From Candidatus Enterocola sp. (GTDB lineage: Bacteria; Bacteroidota; Bacteroidia; Bacteroidales; Paludibacteraceae), in the NCBI GenBank assembly GCA_045634045.1, contig JAZQZN010000003.1, positions 2,444 to 66,443 of the forward strand: a stretch of 64,000 nucleotides of DNA. Direction: 5' to 3'. Below are positions 10,245 to 18,390 of this stretch, one piece after another. The position numbers and the translations under genes are program-made. Below the pieces are notes generated by a model. That model worked only from the letters and a program-made list of their open reading frames with translations. It did no database searches and was not told the DNA's origin. Numbering within the stretch: the first letter of the stretch is position 1; each line of letters opens with the position of its first letter.

Positions 10245-11090
10245 TTATGCTTCTTCTTTTTCTGCTTCAGATAAAAATTTCTCTGCTACGTTAGCGTTGA
10301 TAGCTGCAGCATCGCCACGTTTGATGCGAGTGCGACCACCTTTGCTTGCGTTAGCTTTTTTCTCAGCTGCTTCTTTGTTTTCGCCTTCGCTTTCTTTTTC
10401 AAGTTTGCGTTGGTTCAAACCTTCTTGGATAGCGCCACAAACAGTGCTCAAGATGATGTCGATTGATTTAGAAGCGTCGTCGTTACCAGGGATAACGAAG
10501 TCGATGTTTCTTGGGTTCGAGTTGGTGTCAACGATAGCGAACACAGGAATACCCAAACGGTTAGCTTCTTTTACTGCAATGTGTTCTTTCATTACGTCAA
10601 CTACAAACAAAGCAGCAGGCAAACGGGTTAGGTCAGCGATGCTACCCAAGTTCTTTTGTAGTTTTTCGCGTTGACGAGAAATTTGCAATTTTTCGCGTTT
10701 CGACAAGTTTTCGAAAGTACCGTCGTTAGCCATTTTGTCGATGCTCGACATTTTTTTCACAGCTTTACGAATGGTAGGGAAGTTGGTCAACATACCACCA
10801 GCCCAGCGTTCGGTAACGTAAGGCATACCTACAGAGGTAGCTTTTTCAGCAATAATTTCTTTAGCTTGTTTTTTGGTTGCAACAAACAAGATTTTTTTGC
10901 CTTGTTTAGCCAAAGCGCCAAGAGCGTCAGCAGCTTCGTCCAACTTGATTACAGTTTTGTTAAGGTCAATGATGTGGATACCATTGTGCTCCATGAAAAT
11001 GTAAGGAGCCATAGCAGGATTCCATTTGCGGGTCATGTGTCCGAAGTGTACACCTGCGTCTAATAATTCTTGAAAATTAGTTCTAGCCAT
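10245..11090 (-). CDS. rpsB: 30S ribosomal protein S2
   Basis: 281 aa. LLDAGVHFGHMTRKWNP signature, plus a Lys/Glu-rich C-terminal tail. Confidence 0.95.
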   Translation of the reverse strand: MARTNFQELLDAGVHFGHMTRKWNPAMAPYIFMEHNGIHIIDLNKTVIKLDEAADALGALAKQGKKILFVATKKQAKEIIAEKATSVGMPYVTERWAGGMLTNFPTIRKAVKKMSSIDKMANDGTFENLSKREKLQISRQREKLQKNLGSIADLTRLPAALFVVDVMKEHIAVKEANRLGIPVFAIVDTNSNPRNIDFVIPGNDDASKSIDIILSTVCGAIQEGLNQRKLEKESEGENKEAAEKKANASKGGRTRIKRGDAAAINANVAEKFLSEAEKEEA

Positions 11091-11126
11091 AATAATAAGT
11101 TTGTTTACATTCTTTTTTTAACCAAC

Positions 11127-11218
11127 CTGTCGGTAGTCTTTGTTGTCGCAACGCTGGGCGTTGCTCCGACAAATCGACTAATCGGTGAACCGACTAATCG
11201 GTTTTTAGAATCCGACAG
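11127..11218 (-). promoter_or_regulatory. structured rpsI-rpsB spacer (nested stems); possible rpsI terminator and/or rpsB leader
   Basis: Outer pairing CTGTCGG (11127-11133) with CCGACAG (11212-11218). Inner hairpin GTCGCAACGC-TGG-GCGTTGC..CGAC (11145-11170). Duplicated CGACTAATCGG. Confidence 0.35.
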
Positions 11219-11261
11219 ATTTAGATACTAAACAGCTTCCAATAAATAGAGCAAACAGAGA

Positions 11262-11648
11262 TTAACGTTTGCTGAATTGGAATCTTTTGCGTGCTTTTGG
11301 ACGACCTGGTTTTTTGCGTTCCACTTCGCGTGGGTCGCGGGTCATAAAGCCTTCTGCTTTCAATGCAGGTTTGTCTTCTGGGTTGATTTTAACCAAAGCG
11401 CGAGCAATTGCCAAACGCAATGCTTCAGCTTGGCCTTTGTAACCACCACCGCACAAGTTAGCTTTGATGTCGAATTTTTCTTCAACGCCCAATTTTGCCA
11501 AAGGTTGTTTTACAATAAATTGAAGAATACCGGTAGGGAAATAAACCGACAAATCTCTTTTATTGATGGTAATAGTACCCTTTCCTGGGGTTACATAAAC
11601 GCGAGCAATAGCTGCTTTTCTTCTACCAATTGCATTAGTTACTTCCAT
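11262..11648 (-). CDS. rpsI: 30S ribosomal protein S9
   Basis: 128 aa. GRRKAAIARV N-terminus and C-terminal KARKRFQFSKR. Confidence 0.95.
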   Translation of the reverse strand: MEVTNAIGRRKAAIARVYVTPGKGTITINKRDLSVYFPTGILQFIVKQPLAKLGVEEKFDIKANLCGGGYKGQAEALRLAIARALVKINPEDKPALKAEGFMTRDPREVERKKPGRPKARKRFQFSKR

Positions 11649-11653
11649 AGCCG

Positions 11654-12109
11654 TTATTTAAGAGCGTTGATATCAATAGTTTTAGGATTTTGTGCAGCTT
11701 TGTTGTGTTCTGCACCGTCGAACACGTAAACGTTGCTCAAGATTTGTGCACCAAGACGGTTTTTAGGCAACATGCCTTTCAACACTTTTTTGAACAAACG
11801 TTCAGAACCCTTAGCTTGCAAACGAGCAGGGGTCAAAACGCGTTGACCACCGGGATAACCGGTATAGCTTAAATACTCACGATCGGTCCATTTGTTACCG
11901 GTCATTTTGATTTTGTCTGCGTTGATGATGATTACGTTGTCACCGCAGTCCACGTGAGGAGTAAAGTTTGGTTTGTACTTTCCTCTTGCCAATTTTGCTA
12001 CTTTTGAGCAAAAACGACCCAAAACTTGGTCTGTTGCATCAACAACAACCCATTCTTTGGTTACGGTTGCCTTGTTGGCAGAAATGGTTTTAAAACTTAA
12101 AGTATCCAC
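11654..12109 (-). CDS. rplM: 50S ribosomal protein L13
   Basis: 151 aa. WVVVDATDQVLGR and GDNVIIINA blocks. Canonical rplM-rpsI order. Confidence 0.95.
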   Translation of the reverse strand: MDTLSFKTISANKATVTKEWVVVDATDQVLGRFCSKVAKLARGKYKPNFTPHVDCGDNVIIINADKIKMTGNKWTDREYLSYTGYPGGQRVLTPARLQAKGSERLFKKVLKGMLPKNRLGAQILSNVYVFDGAEHNKAAQNPKTIDINALK

Positions 12110-12247
12110 AATTAATTTTTTTTATTCGTTTTACTTTTGTGCCGACAACTCCCATCGTCTAAAGGCTAAAAAGACGTTTTTCGGTCATTATCAAACACTT
12201 ACACTAAATAGAATAATAATCGGACTGCAAAGATACAATAAAAAATT

Positions 12248-12283
12248 GAGACAGAAAAATTCGAGGGCGATTTTTTCTGTCTC
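12248..12283 (-). terminator. hairpin terminator (second of two after ispG)
   Basis: GAGACAGAAAAA..TTTTTCTGTCTC stem, followed on the minus strand by AATTTTT. Confidence 0.6.
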
Positions 12284-12290
12284 AATTTTT

Positions 12291-12322
12291 AAGTCGAAGG
12301 TCGAAGCTTCGACTTTCGACTT
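12291..12322 (-). terminator. palindromic hairpin 13 nt downstream of the ispG stop
   Basis: AAGTCGAAGGTCGA-AGCT-TCGACTTTCGACTT (one wobble), built from the low-complexity TCGA-type motif. Confidence 0.5.
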
Positions 12323-12334
12323 TGGACTTTCGAC

Positions 12335-13864
12335 TTATTCTGCTTCCACCCAATCCCCATTGGCTTTAATAAGTTCAATAAGTCTCTCTACGGCTTCGTC
12401 TTCGGGAATATTTTTTTCGATGCAGGTTTGTCCTTTGTACAGGCTAATTTTGCCACGACCAGCCCCTACGTAGCCATAGTCGGCATCCGCCATTTCGCCA
12501 GGACCATTTACGATGCAGCCCATGATGCCAATTTTAAGGGTATTGAGGTGCGAAGTTTTTGCCTTGATGCGGGCAATAGCACTCTGAATATCGAACAGCG
12601 TACGACCGCACGAAGGGCACGAAATGTATTCTGTTTTGCTCATACGCGCACGCGCAGCTTGCAAAATGCTATAGCCCAATGCTTCGGTATCTGCTGCCGA
12701 AATGCCTTCTGCCTCGATGCAGATGCCATCGGCCAATCCGTCAATAAAGAAGCTACCCAACTCGGCAGCTGCGGTTAGCTGCAATTCATCAAGCGATAAC
12801 CCTTTGTATTTTCTGTACACAATAACAGGACTTTGGTTGCCCTCTTGCTGCATCTTGCCAAATAGGTAACGGCCTTGCTCCAAGGGGTTGTCGTGGTCCA
12901 AAGTCATCAGCACCACGCCTTCAGGCACTGTTGCGCCCGCTTGCCATACCACGGGCAATGCACCACCGCCAATTTCGCCCACCGCCACGCTTTGTCTGCG
13001 GCAGTAGCTTTCGCCATTGAACCAAGCACCATCCAGTGCAGGAAGTTCAGGGGCTTGCAAGGCTTTCTCTGCCAATGCCACCAGCTGTTTTGCCACAGGA
13101 ATTTCGTTGGCAGGGTCTTCGCTGAGCGACACACGAATGGTATCGCCAATACCTTCTAATAGCAAGGTGCCAATGCCCACTGCCGATTTAATGCGGCCGT
13201 CTTCGCCCTCGCCCGCCTCGGTAACGCCCAAGTGGATGGGGAAATTCAAACCTTCAGCATCCATGCGACGCACCATTTGGCGTACAGTATGGATCATAAC
13301 ACGGGTGTTCGATGCCTTTACCGAAATCACCACATTATTAAAAGCTTCTTCCTTGCAGATGCGCAAAAATTCCAAGCAGCTTTCGGTCATACCCTCTGGC
13401 GTATCGCCAAACTTATCGAGCATACGCGCACCCAACGAACCGTGGTTCACCCCAATACGAATGGCTGTGCCGTGCTCTTTGCACAAGGCCAAAAACGGAA
13501 TAAACTTGGCACGAATTTCCTCGTAGGTCGATGCATAGTTACCGGGGTTGATGCGCACTTTTTCGATGTGCAATGCCGCCTCGTTGGCCACGTTGGGGTT
13601 AAAATGCACGTCAGCCACCAAAGGGGTACTATAGCCTTTGGCACGAAGTTCCGCCTTAATATTGGCCATGTTAGCCGCCTCTTTTACCCCCTGTGTGGTA
13701 AGGCGCACCAATTCGCCACCCGCCTCAATCACCTCCATTGCTTGTGCCACGCAGGCCTCGGTATCGGTGGTAAAGGTGTTCAACATCGATTGTACACGAA
13801 TGGGATTGCTGCCCCCCATTTGTACGCTACCTATTTGTACGGTTTTGGTTGTTCTTCTGTTCAT
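12335..13864 (-). CDS. ispG: 4-hydroxy-3-methylbut-2-enyl diphosphate synthase (long form with insert domain)
   Basis: ORF 12335..13900, trimmed to MNRRTTKTVQIGSVQMGG. GcpE blocks VRVSLSEDP, CPSCGRT and GCIVNGPGE are present. Confidence 0.9.
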   Translation of the reverse strand: MNRRTTKTVQIGSVQMGGSNPIRVQSMLNTFTTDTEACVAQAMEVIEAGGELVRLTTQGVKEAANMANIKAELRAKGYSTPLVADVHFNPNVANEAALHIEKVRINPGNYASTYEEIRAKFIPFLALCKEHGTAIRIGVNHGSLGARMLDKFGDTPEGMTESCLEFLRICKEEAFNNVVISVKASNTRVMIHTVRQMVRRMDAEGLNFPIHLGVTEAGEGEDGRIKSAVGIGTLLLEGIGDTIRVSLSEDPANEIPVAKQLVALAEKALQAPELPALDGAWFNGESYCRRQSVAVGEIGGGALPVVWQAGATVPEGVVLMTLDHDNPLEQGRYLFGKMQQEGNQSPVIVYRKYKGLSLDELQLTAAAELGSFFIDGLADGICIEAEGISAADTEALGYSILQAARARMSKTEYISCPSCGRTLFDIQSAIARIKAKTSHLNTLKIGIMGCIVNGPGEMADADYGYVGAGRGKISLYKGQTCIEKNIPEDEAVERLIELIKANGDWVEAE

Positions 13865-14765
13865 GGTATGATTGAATGTATTTTGTAAGCTTCGATGCAC
13901 CGTTGGTGTTCAAGTGGTCGGCATCGTAAAAATCAGCATCGGTAAAGGTACTATCTTTTAGCAAATTTAGGTACGATGCGTTCGAAAATTTTGCAGCCAA
14001 CCCCTCGCATACCCGTTGTGTGGTGTGCCATTGTGCGCTGTCGAGGGCAGTGTAGTAGGCAGGATGCGTAGGTGTGGTGAGGAGCAAAACCTCGATGCCA
14101 CGTGCTTGGCAAGTGGCAATGATGTCAGCAAGGCGTGCCTCGTTGGTCGCTTGCACCATTGTGTCGATGGTTCTGCTGTGCGATGCCACCGTGTTGGTCG
14201 CCTGCTCCGCAAAATTAGGTTTTTGTAAGCCATATTCGCGCTTGCATCCCCAACCCAAGGAGTCACACGTCACAAAACTCCACTCTTTGCCCAGCATCTT
14301 TGCCAATCCCAACCATTTTTCCTTGTTGATGAGTTCCAAGTTAAAAATAGGATGTAGTCCATTGCCCTTGTAGCCCATGTAGATGGTGTAGCCTTTGGCA
14401 TGCGCCCATCCAGCCCCGTTTTCCAATTCGCCAAAGAGCGAAAAATACGAAACAGGCAACACCACGTAGCGTAGGTGGGGGCATTGGTCTGCCCATTGGT
14501 AAAACAAAAAGTGGTCGTATTTGATGCTTTGCGATGGCATGCCCAAGTTGTAGGCAGGCACTTCAAAACAATCGGGTCGGATGCCATAATGCCCGTGCGA
14601 CGAGCCAAACGAAAGCACCTCTACCTCTTTGCAGAGGCGTTGCATCTGTTCTTGCTTGTAGCGGTAGTCATTGTCGATGCTGCGCAAGCCCCATTCGATG
14701 CCGATGAGCAGCACCAAAAAAGGCAGCAAAAAGGTAACGATGGTTTTTAGAACAAATGTACGCAT
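13827..14765 (-). CDS. MBOAT-associated SGNH/DltD-like accessory protein (N-terminal membrane anchor)
   Basis: ORF 13827..14888, trimmed to MRTFVLKTIVTFLLPFLVLL (ATG 1 nt after the MBOAT stop). C-terminal FYDADHLNTNG resembles the D-x-x-H block of SGNH/DltD-type acyl-handling proteins. The 3' end overlaps the ispG start by 38 nt. Confidence 0.5.
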   Translation of the reverse strand: MRTFVLKTIVTFLLPFLVLLIGIEWGLRSIDNDYRYKQEQMQRLCKEVEVLSFGSSHGHYGIRPDCFEVPAYNLGMPSQSIKYDHFLFYQWADQCPHLRYVVLPVSYFSLFGELENGAGWAHAKGYTIYMGYKGNGLHPIFNLELINKEKWLGLAKMLGKEWSFVTCDSLGWGCKREYGLQKPNFAEQATNTVASHSRTIDTMVQATNEARLADIIATCQARGIEVLLLTTPTHPAYYTALDSAQWHTTQRVCEGLAAKFSNASYLNLLKDSTFTDADFYDADHLNTNGASKLTKYIQSYHEQKNNQNRTNR

Positions 14766-14766
14766 G

Positions 14767-16275
14767 CTAAAATTGGAAATAAATGAAATTTTGTTCAGGA
14801 CCCATGTTGATGATGCACAACGTAGCAAGCAGGAAATACAATCCGTAGCGCACCCATCGTTTAGGCAGGTGGGCAGCGCTGAGTCCATGCGGTTGTAGTC
14901 GATTGAACCATTCCATCACGAGCAAAATGGTAATCGATAGCCCAATAAACACCCTGTTGGTAATTTCGGGTAGGGTAAACAAGCTACCAGAAGCAATTTT
15001 ACCCATAATGAGCATTACCTGGTCGATGCTATCAGCCCTAAAAATGATCCAACCCACCACTGCCAATACGAAGGTGAGTGCCATGCACCCGATTTCGTGT
15101 AGGGTAGGTAGTCGTTTGCTGATGCTGCCGTCAGCTGCGGTGCTACTTGCCACCACGTTGGTGTACTTGCGGTTTTTACCCATCAAAATAAGGGGTAGAA
15201 ACAGCAAGGCATGGTAGGCACCCCACAGCAAAAAGGTCCAGTTGGCACCGTGCCAGAAGCCCGACAGCAAGAATATAATAAAGGTATTGCGCACCACTTT
15301 CCATTTGGTGGCCGCTTTGGGGTGGCGGCAAGTGGGCGAAATGGTGGGACGTGATCCACCCAACGGAATGTACACGTAATCCCTAAACCAGGTGGTGAGC
15401 GATATGTGCCACCTGCGCCAGAATTCAGCGATGTCGCGCGCAAAATAGGGTACATTAAAGTTGCGCATCAAGCGGATGCCAAACAGTTTGCCCAAGCCGA
15501 TTGCCATGTCGGAGTAGCCCGAAAAATCGCCATAAATCTGGAAGGTAAACAGCACCGCAGCCACTGCCAATGTGCTGCCGCTTTGTGCATCGGCATTGCC
15601 AAACACTGCATCCACTACCATGGCGCAGTTGTCGGCTACTACCACCTTTTTAAATAAGCCCCACAGCATTTGGCGCAAGCCATCCACGCTGTCGGCATAG
15701 TTAAAGGTGCGTTTGCCTAAAAATTGGGGCAGTAGGTTAGTAGCGCGCTCAATGGGCCCTGCCACCAGCTGCGGAAAGAAGCTCAAAAAGGCAGTAAAAG
15801 CCAGCATATCGGTGGTGGGTTGCAATTTGCCACGATACACATCGATGCTGTACGACAGTGCCTGAAAGGTATAAAAACTGATGCCAACAGGCAAGATGAG
15901 GTGCAGCAGGTGTTGCTCGGCATCCACACCGAGGCAAGCTGCCAACGAGCTAACAAAAAAGTCGTAGTATTTGTAGATGCCCAAAATCAGCAAATTCACC
16001 ACCACGTTGCCCAACATCCAAGCTTTTTTTGCCCAAGGTGCTTGGCTTCGACCAATGGCGATGCCGCTCACAAATGAGCAAAAGGTGGTAAAGGCAATGA
16101 GCAGCAAAAAACGCACATCCCACCAGCCATAAAACACATAGCTGGCAGCCACTACCAAGGCATTTTGGCAGAGCAGTTGCCATTTGCTGTTTTTCATGGC
16201 AGCACCAAATACCCACCAATACAGCACGTAAACGATGGGCAAGAAAATCAGAAATTCGAACGAATTAAAGAGCAT
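14767..16275 (-). CDS. MBOAT-family membrane O-acyltransferase (AlgI/DltB/PatA-like)
   Basis: 502 aa, polytopic. Signature FWRRWHISLTTWFRDYVYIPLGG. Confidence 0.85.
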   Translation of the reverse strand: MLFNSFEFLIFLPIVYVLYWWVFGAAMKNSKWQLLCQNALVVAASYVFYGWWDVRFLLLIAFTTFCSFVSGIAIGRSQAPWAKKAWMLGNVVVNLLILGIYKYYDFFVSSLAACLGVDAEQHLLHLILPVGISFYTFQALSYSIDVYRGKLQPTTDMLAFTAFLSFFPQLVAGPIERATNLLPQFLGKRTFNYADSVDGLRQMLWGLFKKVVVADNCAMVVDAVFGNADAQSGSTLAVAAVLFTFQIYGDFSGYSDMAIGLGKLFGIRLMRNFNVPYFARDIAEFWRRWHISLTTWFRDYVYIPLGGSRPTISPTCRHPKAATKWKVVRNTFIIFLLSGFWHGANWTFLLWGAYHALLFLPLILMGKNRKYTNVVASSTAADGSISKRLPTLHEIGCMALTFVLAVVGWIIFRADSIDQVMLIMGKIASGSLFTLPEITNRVFIGLSITILLVMEWFNRLQPHGLSAAHLPKRWVRYGLYFLLATLCIINMGPEQNFIYFQF

Positions 16276-17605
16276 CTACCAAGGTGGTTAGTTTCATAGA
16301 ATTAGAACCCTTGATGAGCAAGGTTTTGCCCGATAGGGGATGCGCTTGCAGCCACTCTTTAAACAATGGGGTTGATGCAAAACGTGTGCCGATACCGGTA
16401 GTGGTTTCAAAATTTTTGCCCAATAAGTATGCCTCGGTAATGCCCAATTGCTCCAAGAACGACACTACCTTTTGGTGTTCGGTAGCGCTGTCGTCGCCCA
16501 ACTCAAACATATCGCCCAAAATCACCGCCTTGTTGTCGGTTTCAATGAGGGCAAAGTTGCGCAAAGCAGCTTCCATACTGGTAGGGTTGGCATTGTAGGC
16601 ATCCACAATAAGGGTGTTGCGCTCTGTTTTAGTCAGCTGCGAACGGTTGTTTTGTGGAGTATAGGTAGCAAGCGCATCGGCAATATCGGCAGCCGAAACG
16701 CCAAAGTAATGGCCCACACAGGCAGCCGAAAGCATGTTGCTTACGTTGTAACTACCAATTAGCTGGCTGTTCACCTGGTAGTTGTTGCCGTCGATGTTTA
16801 GGTCGAGGTTGACAAAAGGGGTACAACTTACCACCTTGCCGTTAACGGGCAGGGTAGGGTCGCTGCCGTAGTATATTGGTCGATTCAACGATGCTTTAGC
16901 AAGCATTTCTTTTAGGTGTGCATTATCGGCATCAACAAACACCATTTTGCCACGGCTTAGTAGGTTGTGGTAAAGTTCTGCCTTGGTGTTCTTAACGCCC
17001 TCAAAGCTACCAAAACCTGCCAAATGAGCCTTGCCCACGTTGGTAATAAGCCCTGCATCGGGCATTACGATGTTGGCTAAAAACTCAATTTCGCCAGGAT
17101 GATTGGCACCCATTTCTACCACTGCCATATTGTGCTCCTTGGTAAGGCGCAGTAGCGTTAGCGGCACGCCAATGTGGTTGTTAAAATTGCCCAAGGTGTA
17201 CAGCACGTTGTATTTCTTTGCCAAAACGGCCGATACCAATTCTTTGGTCGTTGTTTTGCCGTTAGTGCCCGTAATGCCCACAATGGGTGTGCCCAATACT
17301 TGGCGGTGATGCGCAGCCAATTGTTGCAATGCCACCAAGGTGTCTTCTACGTAGATATACGGTGATTTCCCTATTTGTTTAGTCGTTGAGTCGTTGAGTC
17401 GTTTAGACGATTCATCGGAAGTTAACAGGTCCTTTCGAGAGGTAATCACGTACTTGCAACCCATCTCTACGGCTTTTTCGGCAAAGTTGTTGCCATCAAA
17501 ATTGTCGCCCTTAAGGCACACAAACAAATTGCCCTCTTGGCAGGCACGACTATCGGTGCACACCCCGTTGCATGCCAAATAAGCTTGGTATATAGTTTCG
17601 ATCAT
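16265..17605 (-). CDS. murF: UDP-N-acetylmuramoyl-tripeptide--D-alanyl-D-alanine ligase
   Basis: 446 aa. Mur ligase P-loop GITGTNGKTTTKE. The stop overlaps the MBOAT start by 11 nt. Confidence 0.9.
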   Translation of the reverse strand: MIETIYQAYLACNGVCTDSRACQEGNLFVCLKGDNFDGNNFAEKAVEMGCKYVITSRKDLLTSDESSKRLNDSTTKQIGKSPYIYVEDTLVALQQLAAHHRQVLGTPIVGITGTNGKTTTKELVSAVLAKKYNVLYTLGNFNNHIGVPLTLLRLTKEHNMAVVEMGANHPGEIEFLANIVMPDAGLITNVGKAHLAGFGSFEGVKNTKAELYHNLLSRGKMVFVDADNAHLKEMLAKASLNRPIYYGSDPTLPVNGKVVSCTPFVNLDLNIDGNNYQVNSQLIGSYNVSNMLSAACVGHYFGVSAADIADALATYTPQNNRSQLTKTERNTLIVDAYNANPTSMEAALRNFALIETDNKAVILGDMFELGDDSATEHQKVVSFLEQLGITEAYLLGKNFETTTGIGTRFASTPLFKEWLQAHPLSGKTLLIKGSNSMKLTTLVDAL

Positions 17606-17797
17606 GATTGATGATATTATCGTATAAAACAGCGAATATACACTTTTCCGCTAAAAATTGCGCCATAAAAAAGTGTATTTCTGATAAAACGTAGCAAAAG
17701 TGTGAAAAACCATCTGATTTTTCCTGTTTTTTCAAAGGTTTGCTGTGGTTTTTGATAGGAAAGGTGTGAAAAAGTGGTATAAACAGGCAATAAAAAA

Positions 17798-17832
17798 TCA
17801 ACGGCTGTAACGTTTGGGGTTACAGCCGTTGA
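17798..17832 (-). terminator. rho-independent terminator ending module copy A
   Basis: TCAACGGCTGTAA / TTACAGCCGTTGA 13-bp stem, followed on the minus strand by TTTTTTA. Confidence 0.8.
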
Positions 17833-17854
17833 TGGTATGGTTTTAAGTTGTTAT

Positions 17855-18292
17855 TTACGCTTGTTGCATTCTTTTGCGGTATACCATAACCGCGCCGTAG
17901 GCAGCAACCATCATTAGCAAGAAGAACACAGGTGCGTCGAGGGGTTGACCAAGTTCTGGGTTTTCGCAGTTGGCATGACACTCGGCATTTTGTTTGAAAC
18001 AATCTTGCATACAGGCAGGATCGCCTGCACAGCTTGCAGCGCACTGATCCAATTCGCCTTCGCAGCAGGTTTTACAACTATTTATATCGCTTTGCCAAGA
18101 ATCTGGATTGCACGAACCATTATAGGCTCCTACGGTTGCTTGGTTTACAAAGCTAGTACCTGTGCTTATTGAATATCCTTTTTCTGCAGTAGCATTACTT
18201 ACGTATGAATTGTACGATTTACTTGGCAATCCTACAGCCATAGCGCAGGTAGCGCACATTGCCATTATTACAAATAAAATTTGTTTTTTCAT
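17855..18292 (-). CDS. small secreted Cys-rich protein with C-terminal PLDAP motif + TM helix + basic tail (module A, component 3)
   Basis: 145 aa. Signal peptide MKKQILFVIMAMCATCAMA; 10 Cys in the mature part (CKTCC core). C-terminus: QPLDAPVFFLLMMVAAYGAVMVYRKRMQQA. Paralogs at 40741-41163 and 50072-50500. Confidence 0.8.
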   Translation of the reverse strand: MKKQILFVIMAMCATCAMAVGLPSKSYNSYVSNATAEKGYSISTGTSFVNQATVGAYNGSCNPDSWQSDINSCKTCCEGELDQCAASCAGDPACMQDCFKQNAECHANCENPELGQPLDAPVFFLLMMVAAYGAVMVYRKRMQQA

Positions 18293-18298
18293 ATTTAT

Positions 18299-18315
18299 AA
18301 ATTTCTTCGAAATTT
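18299..18315 (-). promoter_or_regulatory. conserved hairpin just upstream of the small Cys-rich gene
   Basis: AAATTTC-TTC-GAAATTT, 7 nt from the ATG. The same stem occurs at 40719-40735 in the other arm, although the rest of the spacer is not conserved. Confidence 0.4.
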
Positions 18316-18390
18316 GACTAATTGGCTAATCGGTATCGGTGTTCCAAATTACGATTCACCGATTCACCGATTTATCGATTCATCTATTTA

